DNA of 64,000 nt from positions 1,116,001 to 1,180,000 of the forward strand of contig JAYWIR010000034.1 of assembly GCA_036172245.1 (NCBI GenBank), given 5' to 3'. Under the pieces are notes generated by a model that was not told the DNA's origin, made no database searches, and was given only the letters and a program-made list of their open reading frames with translations. Every line of letters starts with the position of its first letter. Position 1 is the stretch's first letter. Made by a program: the position numbers and the translations under genes. Positions 14,841-34,607 of this stretch are shown piece after piece. Source of the stretch: Raillietiella orientalis (lineage: Eukaryota).

Positions 14841-15885
14841 AAACTATTTTTAAGGATTTCCAAGCATTTTTAAGCATTTTACTCTGTATAAAAGCACATG
14901 AGCTTTGTGATGATTAAGGATTTTAAGCGTCAAGGATCCAGCGCATGCTATTCTATATCCTCTTTTTTCCTATTATAGTAGCTAACTATTCAGCTTTCGC
15001 AGTACTTTCACTATCGCACAGTAAATTTCTTATGATCTGTCTCGTTTAAATAGCTCCAAATACACGTGAGATTGGTAGCTGCATAATAAACTTCAGTTCA
15101 TTTATTAATCTCACGTGTTAAGAGTCGAAGATGTTACAAGAACATACAAAAGCAAATGTTTAAGATTTAATTTCGTATCCATTAGCTCGGGGGATGGACC
15201 TTATCTACCGCTGGATTGCGCTCATCCTGCTTAATAGGTGTTACTTAATTTCAGTTTTTTGTCACTCGGAGAATCAGTAAATAATGTTGGATGGTAGCAA
15301 GAAATTATATTCATTCTATAACTGTTCACTGAACACAAAGTTCATTCAACTGCTTCTCATAATTCAGTTTTTATATTCTTTATAGAGCGCTCTTCTCGCT
15401 TTTCTCAGCTTTGTCAATATCACAAATTAGATTCTTCCAGTTTAGCCATATAGCTAAGTTTATGTTGTGAGCTTTCTAATTTTCATGTATACATGTATTT
15501 CTCAATCGAAACATCAAGTCTAGTCGTCAGAAATTATTTGTCCTAATAAAGACTGCATAAACTTCGGGGACCAATGACGGAAAAACCAAGAAATGTCAAA
15601 ACCCTTAGATAGACTCGTAGAGAGAACGTCAACGAATTTATTCTTCTTTCCTTACTCATACTTTGGCGAACTAAATTTGTGAACTCAGAGAATGATAAAA
15701 TGTGAAAGATATGTTTTATATCTGTTGGGTGTGCGAGATAAGTTTATGAATGAAGCAAAATCTTTAGCGATAAAATTGAATATCGTACGCATTATATTAT
15801 AGCACTTAATAATTATTTATTATTATGATTTCTCATCCTAAATAGAAAGGCCATGCATAGCACAACGTGAGATTCTTTCATTGGG

Positions 15886-15934
15886 AGAATGGCAGAATTT
15901 GCAAGAACTTTGTTCTTGCAAATTCTGCCATTCT
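15886..15934. repeat. Perfect inverted repeat, 23-bp arms with 3-nt loop
   Basis: agaatggcagaatttgcaagaac-ttt-gttcttgcaaattctgccattct; the arms are exact reverse complements. Confidence 0.95.
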
Positions 15935-18900
15935 GCCATGTGTGATGAATGAAAGTGGTTGTTCTATGCGTAAAATATGGAAATCTGCAATCAGTGTATT
16001 GGAGACAATAAAATGTTTTTTCATTGAGGCCGTAAAGAAATTTGGAGATGGACAGAAAGCTTTGTTTTGTTTTTACTGCCATATTATAGCTCTGTATGGT
16101 GTCAGAAAGGAGTCATTTCTGGTCATATAACATAATGTGGTAATCATTTAATTTGACTATCGGAATATGCTGAATACTGTCGTTTTAAGGGACTAGAAGT
16201 CATAGGATTCTCTTGTAAAAAGAATACAAAGAGTAGCTTGTGCTTTCATTTGAATAATGAATAAGTGGTTCTGTATGAAACGTACTTTTTCCTTGCAAAT
16301 ATGTCTTCGGTGAGTACATAAAGTCTGAACCGAGTAGTGAAGTAATCCCACGACTTGAAAAGTACCCTCTATAATATTTGCCTCTTTATCTAGTGAAGAA
16401 AGCACAAAGTGCTCATCCTATCAGCGAATTCTAAGCAAAAAATATATGTTTTGATTTCACTACGAACCTTCTGTATATGCATTTGCAGAATACGTAGAGG
16501 TAGACTATTCAATTGGGAACACTGATTTTATTTGAGGGATAACGTTCGTTTGATTCTCGAATGTATATTTCTAAGAATATTTGAAGATACAAATTTTCGG
16601 GATCACTTTCCGGTTTTAAATTCTTATGGGCAGAAAGTAAGAACCTATTGTTCAATGAACGGCATATTTTAACAGCAGTGAATCAGAAAGATTTCGGGTC
16701 AAACGTTATGCTTATTCTGTGATGTGCACAAAAAATATCGTGCATTTGTTTGTTTCCTCCTTATTTCCATAAATAGTTTTCATTTATTCTTTTGGCGATA
16801 TTCATTGAAAGTCGGAGCTCATTATCTAAAATCAGCCAAAAGCTCATAAATTCTAAAGCATAAGTACCTATGTCTAGGTGGGATCCTTAAACCACTCATG
16901 TCCTAAATATTATCCACATCATTTACATATTAATAAATCTTGGAATCCAGTTTTTGGACAATCACAATCCTTACTCGTTTTATCTTCCCTATTGTACTGG
17001 TAATCATAAGTGAATTTATTCATTATTGTTGAATACACCGGCATACTATCAAGATATGGCATTGTGGGAACATTTGATTTCTTTATTAACGTACTTCGAA
17101 TTCCACTTTTGGTTTTCAAAGTTAATGGCTATGAGAAGGGAAATATAAATGGATAGTTGTAAACAAAATCAGCAACTTGTCTTTCTTTCGAAGAAAGGTG
17201 ATGGAAAAATTTGCAACCTATTGCTTACCTGGTCTCTATAATTGTTTGTTCCTCACTAAATTGTTTGTTCTTCAATTCAATAGATAACATTATGTGAAAA
17301 TTTAAAGCATTCGATGTTTATTCGCTAAAGTAGTAATTCTATTACATCAGCTCTTGTGGTTGTCATTATTGTAAAAAGAACCTATTAAATGAATGGATGA
17401 CCTCTAAAGGCAATTTTTTTCGCTATAGCAAGCATTAAGTCACAAGTGTTAGTATATACATGTTCATTATATATTAACTATATGAAGTTGTTTATGGGCA
17501 TTGATAAACGTTTTAAGGAATATCTCACGACTGATTTTCAATGCACATTTGTGTAACTTTTTGCATTCAAATGCCTGTTGTGGCACTTTGTATACTCTAC
17601 AATAAACAGTTTGTGTACATTTGACATTGAGTATGTTTTCAGTGGATCTGATTTACTTATTTTTGTAAAAAATACAATTTTCCATTCACTTTTATAAACT
17701 ATTTCAGCTCTCAGTATTTGTATCACAAAACTGCTGCAAAGCACAAACTCTTATTGCCGTTCGAAATCTTTCTTTAAGATTTCAAAAAAGGCAACATATC
17801 CAATTTTCGATTTCTATACCAAAAAGGCAGTAAGAGTAATGAATAGTCAAATGAATGTAAGTATTAAAATAAGATCAAAAATGATATGTTTTTGTGACCC
17901 CCTGTCAACCATTTCACATTTTTCCTATCTTTGATTCTATGAAATTCATTTACTTGATGCTTTCATTTATAACTGGATACAAAGAGGAAAATGTTTAAAG
18001 TTAAAAACACGAATCAAAATTCCATTGTTTTAAAGTTCGAGACATTATTAGGCTTCCTTCTGATAATTTATAATTCTGGAAATACATTCAGTTAACATAA
18101 TAAAAATTCTTGGTTTCTAATGATTTTCTGTTTAGTTTTACTAATATGTTCAGCTATTTAATTTTTTGTTGTGTATTATCGTCTTTGTACGAAGTATTAC
18201 AAACTTGAGAAAAAATTTGAAAAGGGGATAAATACATCACATTTCTGATGGATAGGAGAGTTTAATTCGATTCACTCTTGGGAGCTGATGATATCACCCT
18301 TGTTCGAGAAAGTAAGAATAACTATACTTTACAGAATACTGAAATATTTATTTATTTAACAATCTTTTATCCTACCAGTAATGATACCGTAATGCCTTTC
18401 TTGTATTTCTTTATTTCGGTGTTTTTTTTTACAGTGCTGGTTTGACATCGATTTAGTTCAAGAGTCAGTAACAATATATTAATGGTAGTGAGGTTGTCAA
18501 ATAATTAAAGCTAAATAGGACTCTGACAATCTCCAGCTGATTATATGACCGTTTAGTTCACGTTTGTTTTCATCGCTTAGTCATCAAAGAAGCACTCAAA
18601 CAAATTAAGCATCTGGGTATTTATGAGGAATGCTGTTCCTTGATTTCAAAAATCTGTCTTGACATTTTCTGATAGTTTTGAAATTGAAATCTCGACTATA
18701 TTTTTAGTCTCCGTATCAAAAAAATGATTATAGTAATAAAAACTAAACTTTATTTTCCCTAATCCATCGCATTCATCGTTCTCTATTATTCGCTATCTTC
18801 CACTAAAATGAAAAACTTTTCCAAGGTTTTCATTAAATTTTGAGGAAAAAGGACTGTTTAATGTTGCCTCGTTAAACTGTAATACTTTGAAATGCGTGCG

Positions 18901-19645
18901 TTATCTGTGGCAAACGTTTGGCTGGCGTGAGCAAATGAGGCTAAGTCGGAAAACTGCACAATCGTGAGGCTTGATGATGTGGAAAGCAAACCAAGAGGAT
19001 TTAATTGCAATTTCCAACATTGGCAATGGATAAATTTAGTTGATTGCTTAATTTTTTATTTGAACTGCTTGAAATGTGTTAAAAGGGGGAGAATTCATAT
19101 TTGCAAGATGCTCAAGTGAAGACGACATATTTTCGAAAATAAATGTGCATAATGTAGAACGTAGACCAAGGTATGAATAACGGTGCAAAGTCTCTGATAG
19201 CACAACTCTCTCAAGCCTTGAATATACGAGAAAGCTATTTTAAAGCAGCAAATGAAAATTCTGTAAAGTGTTTGTTGGTGAAGAAGACGTGGTTAAGGTA
19301 ATCCCGTCGTTGCGTGTCGAATGTTGTATGTGTAATGGGTGTTCAAGTGCCTGAAGTATTTTCTGCACTTTATTGTTGTCATTGCCAAGCAAATTTCAAA
19401 TTTTTACACCCTGAATGTTTCACACATGTATATGAAATCAAAGTGTAGTATATATGTGAAATGATGTATACATGTTGATCTATTATGGTACATCACATAT
19501 TATTTCAATGCAGGGTGCTATTTGTATTTTGATTTTCAAGACAATATTTATTTATCATGTATGTGCCTCAATATTTGAGGATCACATAATTTTTTAGTAG
19601 GAAATTCTTTAAAAGGCAAGTATTATTGAAACTGTTTTATTCTAG

Positions 19646-22460
19646 ATCTATACGGAGTACCAGAGACTTCAACATTGACTTTGAATATCATCCAACACTT
19701 TCGGATCTTGAAGTGGTCCATTTAATGCAGATAGCTGATGCATCTGTGTTTGGTGATTCCTGGATGTATATATCTTTGAAAGTAATCTCTTTTCTTAAAA
19801 TAAAATATTTTAGTCTTTAATATTTAATTATTTTTTTAAAAATGATGCAATTCTTAATTTAGTTTAAAACAGGTTACATTTGGAAGTTATGCACCTACAC
19901 AGGTTGTAGCTTACTCTCGCTTTTTGATAACATGAAGCCACATCATAAATCTCTGGTTTGCATTACTTAACAAATCATAAAATAATATAAAATTTGATGG
20001 CATTGCATAACATCGTGTATTGCAAATTGCTAAAAATTTCTGTCTATAGACCAATTGTAAAAAGCAAAAACATTCTTATTTTAATGAAACTCATCAAATT
20101 TTAGGTACTGAATTCTTTAATGAAGAACAAGTTTTTCATGGTTTTACTCCATTTTTTAAGGAAATTAATGTAGATTTGGTACATATTCTTATTTTTTTGT
20201 TGTGATGAAATTGTCTTTAAATTTTTTTCTAGAATGTGCATAAAATCATGATGTAATATCATTGTATTGATGTTACAGCATTATACCAGTTCTTTTTTTA
20301 CAGTGTCAAGCAGTTTTTTTCTCGATATTTTTTTTGTATAAATGCACTGATGCATTTCTTTTTATTGTAATATGCTTATGTTAATTTTAAAGATTTACAG
20401 TAAACTAAAATTACAGTAAGAAATGCATTTCTTTTTTAATTTATATTGTAAGAAAATAGTTATACTTTGTTTTTACACATTATTTATACAAGTTATCATG
20501 ATAAGGAACAGCATTCAGAGTGACTTTGATCTTTTTACTTTGAAGTTACTTTAAACAAAATTTCTTATGTAAAATACTCCAAAAATTTATTTTTCGAACA
20601 TTTTTCTTGATAAATTGTACTTTAAAGGCAAAGCAACAACATTTTAAATTTGTTAAGATTCTTAAATGAAAGATTTCATGAATATTTGGAAACTTCACAG
20701 TGAGTCAACAGTTAATTAACTGATATAAGATTGCATTTCCTGGCAATCATTTTTTGATGATTGTTTTGCTGTTGAGAAATAAAAGAAACACTGCAATGCA
20801 AATGATCTTCAATAATTTCAGTTGAATTGAAAAGATTTTTCTATTTTCACATCTGATAAACAGTTAATGAAGAATAAAGCAGTGAGTTGAGAAGTATGTT
20901 CTTCAAAACAGTGTAGCATTAATTGTGCACATCTTTTAGAGTTTGTGTACAATGATGACTGTGTAAGCTTTGAGGAGGATTAAATTGTGAGAGTTCAGTG
21001 TTTTCACTTATCTTTTCTAAATTCGAATTTAGCAAGTCACTTGTCATAGTTGCATAGTTGGTGTTTAATAATTGACCTTACTAATGAAGCATCATCAAGG
21101 AATATTCTAATCATTTGATAATTTGAATCTAATCAATAAATAATGTATTTTTAATAATGTATTTACATTATTACATTTAATGTACTGATTAAGTTCCAAT
21201 GTCATGATAGATAACATGGCTTCTGTTGTGTATGCAGTTTCAAGGACCTAAAAAAACCTAATAAAAATTTTCAAGTTAATTGCCATCAGTACACTTCTTG
21301 AAAACTGATAATCAAAAGCAGAACAGGCTAGTCACAGTGGGCTAAGAAAACCAACAAATTCTGAATTGTTTGTCAGTAAACATCTAGTTAAAGTAATTTT
21401 AGAATTCTTAGATCACATACAAATGTGAAATTACTGTTTACAGTTTGACGTATTTTGTGTTACCATAATGGGTAAATTTCTGCAAAGAGCAATTACAGAA
21501 GTGTGCATCCCCATTTATGTATTTTTTATCCTGATATCTTTTGCAAGTTTTCCATATTAATGGCAAATGATAAATGATAAAATGGCTATGAAATAGCGAC
21601 TTTATTATTACATCTCAGTTTTGAGAATGCGAATTTTGCTTCCATTTTGTCATTGGTTCTTGTTTAATGTCGTCCTTTCTATATAGCAAGCACGCATTTA
21701 TTTTTTATAAATCGAGTTACTAAGGTAGAAATAATTTTCTGGAAAATTCACACATCAAATTCATGGATTTAATTTGTATTCACCGTGTGCAACCTAAAAG
21801 ATATTGATTTTCATGTTAATGCATGATCAGAACACTTAAAATAAAGAACTATGCAAGTTTCATGATCTTCAGTATAGACAGGCAAAATAGTGAAATAATG
21901 AAATGAAGTATTGTTTTTCATAATCAAAATACCTTGTGTGCAATTTAACATACATCTTATTGCAGTTGAAGTATTTTCTGTGTGTTCTTTGCATTCCCTC
22001 AGTATCATTTAATGAAATGTGAGTCAAAAATCACATAATGAAAAGTTAATTAGCACTGTGAAGCATTATCATCACGGTTTCAATATAGGAAAGGTGTGTG
22101 AATGTTTGGTTATGAATTTTCTTTAAAGCACCTTTTCTATGAATGTCTTTATTAAAAAAAAATCACAAATAATGATTTGGTAAAAAGAGATAATTTGTGT
22201 AGATTCATTGTTTTCAAGCATTGTTTGCTAATGATATTATTTTCATACTGTGTTCAATTTTGTGAATGCGAATTTAAAACCAAAGATTTATTAAAAACCC
22301 ATTTAATGATAGGTTTATTACCGAAATGATGGATATTATCAGCCATTGAGTGCTGAAGACTCAAGAGAAAAGGAGATGTCCTATTCTCAGATTTTGCAAT
22401 ATCAAAGTGAAACCATGTTTAGTCAACAAACTAGGAAAATTAAACACCAAATTCATAAAG
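19646..22460 (+). CDS. WDR81: Tentative 5' coding exons of WDR81 (19646-19781, 19863-19955, 20050-20178, 22313-22460); start codon unresolved
   Basis: AG/GT-bounded, phase-compatible open exons. 22313-22460 ends in phase 1 (AAA G|gt), matching the phase-1 acceptor at 26719. Peptides RSTRDFNID and FFKEINVDL-VYYRNDGYYQPL loosely resemble the recalled vertebrate WDR81 N-terminus (ERDLSID; WTRVEVHGLRK...YPL). Alternative boundaries exist around 19765-19955. Confidence 0.55.
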
Positions 22461-25400
22461 GTATTAAAATTTGATAGCAATTTTATTGTGAATTTCCTAG
22501 ATGTAGGTTCTTAATTTGTACAGAGAAAAATGATATTGAATATCAATAGTAATTTAACATAATAATAATACAGTTAATATTAATAATTATTTAACATACT
22601 ATGTTTAAAAGATTACTCACTTAAAGAAGTAAAAGATTGTTTTATCAATTGAAACAAACAACTACACAAGAAAACTTTTTTAATTAGATGGGTTTTCCAT
22701 CTGAAAGGATTTGCTATACTGACTAGGGTTAGGAGTTTTCAATGGAAGGAAAATTGATTGTTGTTGCCTTTGGTTGATCCAATTTGATAAATTTTTTTTT
22801 TTTAATTCAGCTTGGTGTTTTGGAAAAAAATATATATTCCTTGGTTTACCTTCCTTATTAGCTGTTGATACTGAATTGTCCATTTTGCATCCAGAATGTC
22901 AAAAAGTAGCTCCGAAATTACATCAGATTTGCATGGTTATTTGACTATGAAATTTTGGGCTTTACATGGTTTCCACAAGAATGTTATCTTCATGTTTGTA
23001 TTGGAAGGTATCTTTGTCAGCAGACAGAAGAATTACCTTTCATGAACTTACCATTTTGGATTTTATATTAATTATGCTTTCATGACTTGGTTTTCACATG
23101 CATTATAATTTCATTGCAGTAGTTTGTTGTTTTGAGTATTAATTTATATTTTTTCTAAATGGAATATGAATTGAAAATCAATAATTTTTTTAAAGACATA
23201 AATCATTTCTTGGTATTTGCTATTATTCACTATCATCCAGTCTGATCATTAGTTTTTTTGTGAAGTCTTCACTTGGTAATTTGAAATTTTTGAAATTTGA
23301 ACTATTACAATCTGTTTAAGTTGTTTTCGCAGATGTAAAGCAAAACTTTTAGTACACAATTTTCATTCAACTACTGCATAATTTTCATTTTTCTATCAAC
23401 CAAGCATTGTGTTTCTGCCAACAGCAGTGTTTCATTCAGAGTGCCTTTTTTAGATTCCTTTTGTTCATGTGGTTACTGTGGAACAGTGATTGTAAATGTT
23501 CATGGTTTTATTCATTTGTGAACAATTCATTCGTTTTTATATGTTTGTTCATTGCTTTTTCCTAATTTGCAATTGTGATCAGATGTATTATTATGACCAG
23601 ATGCATTATTACCATATCTGGGAAGTTATTTTAGATTTGGTTCAGTAACAGTGCTGTCATATTTTATAAGATCTAAACATTAGGAGTTTTTACACAAATA
23701 GGTGTGAATATTTTGAAAACAGTTGAAATGATGTACTTTAACAGTGGATTACAATTCCTAACTGCTACATCAAAGGTTGGTACCCATTGTAAAGCAATGG
23801 GTATCAACTTTAAGACTTAAATGCAGCATAAGAACCTAGTTATTCTCAGTAGTAATAAATTTTTTAAACCATTGGAGTAATCCATTGTTTATTTGTGACT
23901 TCAGTTCATTTCATTCTTATGTAAGCTGTCATTATTGCACTTTTAAAGTTATTTAGAGATCAATTCCATTATTACGTCAGGATATTCTGATTAGTTTACA
24001 TGGTATGTACATTAATATTAGATATTTGAATATTCAATATGCATGTACTTATAACAATCTCCGAAAATTTGCATTTCAAGAATGATGACTGTCCGAAACA
24101 AAAGTTGCAGTTTTTAGATGATCGTAAATACATGACAATTTGATGAAATTTTCAGCATTAATAATAATGTTGTGTCACAAGGAAGGCCATTTTTCTACCA
24201 TACACTGTCATTGTTTTATTGTATGGTGAGACTCATAACTGTTCCTCACTCCTCTTTCAAATCATCAAGAATATGAATTTAGATTTCCGGGTGAAAATGG
24301 GACTTTCTCGTCTTATCGAGTTTATTGAAAGATAAATTATAAATCCAATTTTTTTTTATTGTTAATCATTTGAAGCTTGAGATCGTTCCTAAATTTGTCT
24401 TTTGTATTTGGTCATCATGTTAACTGAATCAGATTGTGCACATTCAATATGCCAAGATTTTCTTTGAAATTCATGAAGAGATAACCATCAACATGTAATT
24501 ATTAACTATTATTAGTCCACCCTTGATGTGATCCAATCTAATTGGACTGATTCAAATAGCAGTGCTAGACACCTTAGATAAGAGATTCAGGTTAGAATAA
24601 TTGATAGTGTGAGTAGGTTTGGTTTAAGGATAGCGATTGGCCATGATAGTACTTTTGTTTTAGTATTACAAAGTCCAGTCTGAAACAACACATGCTGATT
24701 AGCCTGAATCTGAAACTTGATCATAATGTTTGATTATAATATTGATTATAATCAAATATTGATTATATCTAACAACATTATAATCCATAAATTTTGTCAG
24801 CTCTTGAAGTTAATGATTGTTAAATGATTAAAATTAAGAACATTTGAAAAATTCCATCAAGCCCCCGACTTGTGTACAAAAGAAATTTAATTCAATGGAA
24901 ATTACTGGGTAAGATTAAATATTTCCAATTTTAATAATAATTGATAAGGGATTTAACTGCACCAATTCTCAAGAAAAGAAGCCATAATCTGCAAGATTTC
25001 TTATCAAGATGTGGGAATTTCTCATAAATCACATCATTTTAAACGGATTAATTCTAGGATCAGTCATGATCGATTGTTTTTAATGATTGGAAGACAAGCT
25101 TAGAAATTCGGTCAACTTGTTTTCATGAGAGATGTTCTATGGTTGGGAATATTTTGAAATCACCATGCAGTGGATTTTATTTTTCCAAGAGCTCAAAAGA
25201 AAACAATTGTCTGTTTACATTTCAATGTTTATTAGTACAATGGCTATTTTAGATGTGTTTCACTGATGGGATTGCTAATGATAGTTTCTGTTGTATTCCG
25301 TCAAATCATCTTTGCATTCATCTTGATTTAAGAAACAACCAAAAAAGTAAGAAAGAAGAGAAAATTGAAATCTTGAAGTTTTAAAGAGAAAATCAAAATC

Positions 25401-26718
25401 AAAAAAAGAAAATTGAGTATTCTCAATTGATGTTAAGCAGGAGTTGCTGTAAATTTTTAATAAGTTAGTCATTCTGTTTATGTTAGGTCACATTTTTGTT
25501 GTTTATGTTCGTTAGCAAATAGAGTGTTTATTTTTTGAATAGATAGAGAAATATGATAGGGATTTGTGTATAACAATCAAAGGAAAGTAAAAAATTTCTT
25601 TAAATTTCTGAATTATTTCTCGTCATTTATATTTTGCATTATAAATACGAAATATTAATGCGTATTTGACGTAAACAGACCCTGATTATAAGTACTTTGT
25701 TCATAATAGTAAATGTAAGAAAACGCATAACAATCCAGGAACGTTTCATTTTAGTGGACGTACTAGTTTGTAATCAAACTGCCCATGCATTTTAAGTTAC
25801 ATTCTGACTTTGGTTTGCGATTTCAAAAAGGATTTTTGATAATTCAATCAGTGAAATCAAAGTTTCTCCAATGAACTGAATTTTGCACATTTATTCATAG
25901 GAGTTTATGAAGGCATTCACGAAAACCCTTTTTTGAAAATATTAAGTAAGTGCAAGTGAATGAATCATTGAATTTTGGCTACGTGTAAACGTGTGTAACA
26001 ATTTTGATTGTTTATTTCAGTATCATTTGTTTATCTATTTTTTATTATATTCCTGTAATTTGTGTTAGGAAGTGTTTTGAATCATGCAAATATTTTTCGT
26101 TATTAAATATTTGAGGTCATGAGGATCACTAAACATTGTAGGCTGATTTATAAGTTGAAAGGGATGATAAATTCTACTATTTTAGCACTTTAGGATCCTT
26201 CTAAATGTTCATAATTTATGCTCAACTGATCGTATTAAAAGGTAAAAGAAATGTTATTCGACGATGGTGTTTTGAACAAACGCCAGTAAATGAATGAATA
26301 GCAGACACAGGTTAAAGCAGATGCATATTTTAACATCTATGCATATTACTTATGCTGTCATGTTAAGTGTATTGGAATTCAAATTTTCAAGAACAGGGAA
26401 TGAACTATAATAGAGGCAACTGTGTTGGGGAATAAGCTAGTGGCTACTGGAAGCTTAGTTAAAAGTTATACTTTCTTCATGGTTCTGTTGTTGACAAAAG
26501 TAATTAATTATTTTGGAAAAATTACATTGGCATTCTATCAGTTGTATTCATTAACATGTGTGTAAACAAAACCGTTGAAATAACATTAGGTATAATTTTT
26601 AGTCATCTTAAACGCATTTTAATTAATTATCTATACAGAAAAGATTTTATGTTTTTAATTTTCATTGGAAGTTAGTAATTATCCTCAATGAAGTAAAAAA
26701 GCTCAATTTATATTGCAG

Positions 26719-33868
<7,150 letters not shown>

Positions 33869-33908
33869 TGAATTTCAAGTACTGCAGTTATAGCAAATAA
33901 TTTGCATA

Positions 33909-34607
33909 CTATTCCTGATCCAAAAATACAGTTCTTTTAGAAAAATTAAGATCACCATAGTCTGAGGGTTTGGTTTTGTCTGATACTTTGGGATACCCAG
34001 GTTCACCAGGATAACAGTATTTTCTTGAGCGTACTATACGCCAACCATTTTTGCTTGTCCAGTTCTGTACAAGAAATGTAGAATGTGAACCTTGAAATAG
34101 TTTTACCTGTTGGTGATATTTGAAATAATATACCATCACATACATCCCAAAAATCGTCCATGAAAGTCTACCAAGAGCGGATCTGGTCAGTGCTGCATTC
34201 TTTTCACCCTTAGAAAGCAAAAATAATTTACACAATCGAAAGTTAAAATTCAGCATCTTTGAACTGCATTTATTTAGATCATTTTAACGCATTACATGAA
34301 CTGGTTCTGATACACTAATACTTACAATACGTGGGACCAAAGGTCTATAAACGAAATAATCAAATGGAAATCTGAAAAAACGGCGTATCACATTTGTTGT
34401 TTCTCGTGTGTATTGCGGTACATGTACCGGTTCTTGTTCGCTCAAATACTGCGCTTTAAGAAATTTTGCCCTGAAAGCTTTTTCATCTTCAGTCATGTTC
34501 ATACATCTTTCTCTTTCTTTTTGTAATCTTCCCAAGAGAGACATGGGTGTCACACCACCAGTAAAGGTATGTCCGCTTTTGGAAACTACGGGGCTATGTC
34601 CCCCCAT
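33909..34607 (-). CDS. NDUFB6: NADH:ubiquinone oxidoreductase subunit B6 (B17), 179 aa, 3 exons
   Basis: Exons 34607-34326, 34208-34107 and 34064-33909, all phase 0, GT-AG. Peptides TGGVTPMSLLGRLQKERER, YYFKYHQQNWTSKNGWRIVRSRK and PGEPGYPKVSD..PSDY match invertebrate ND-B17; one hydrophobic segment. Confidence 0.92.

Noticed and set aside
15813..16130. Opposite-strand ORFs sharing identical peptides
   Set aside because: Artefact of the perfect palindrome at 15886-15934.
18223..18311. In-frame TGA at 18246 as possible selenocysteine
   Set aside because: The exon model is weak, there is no selenoprotein-like motif, and no SECIS element was recognised.
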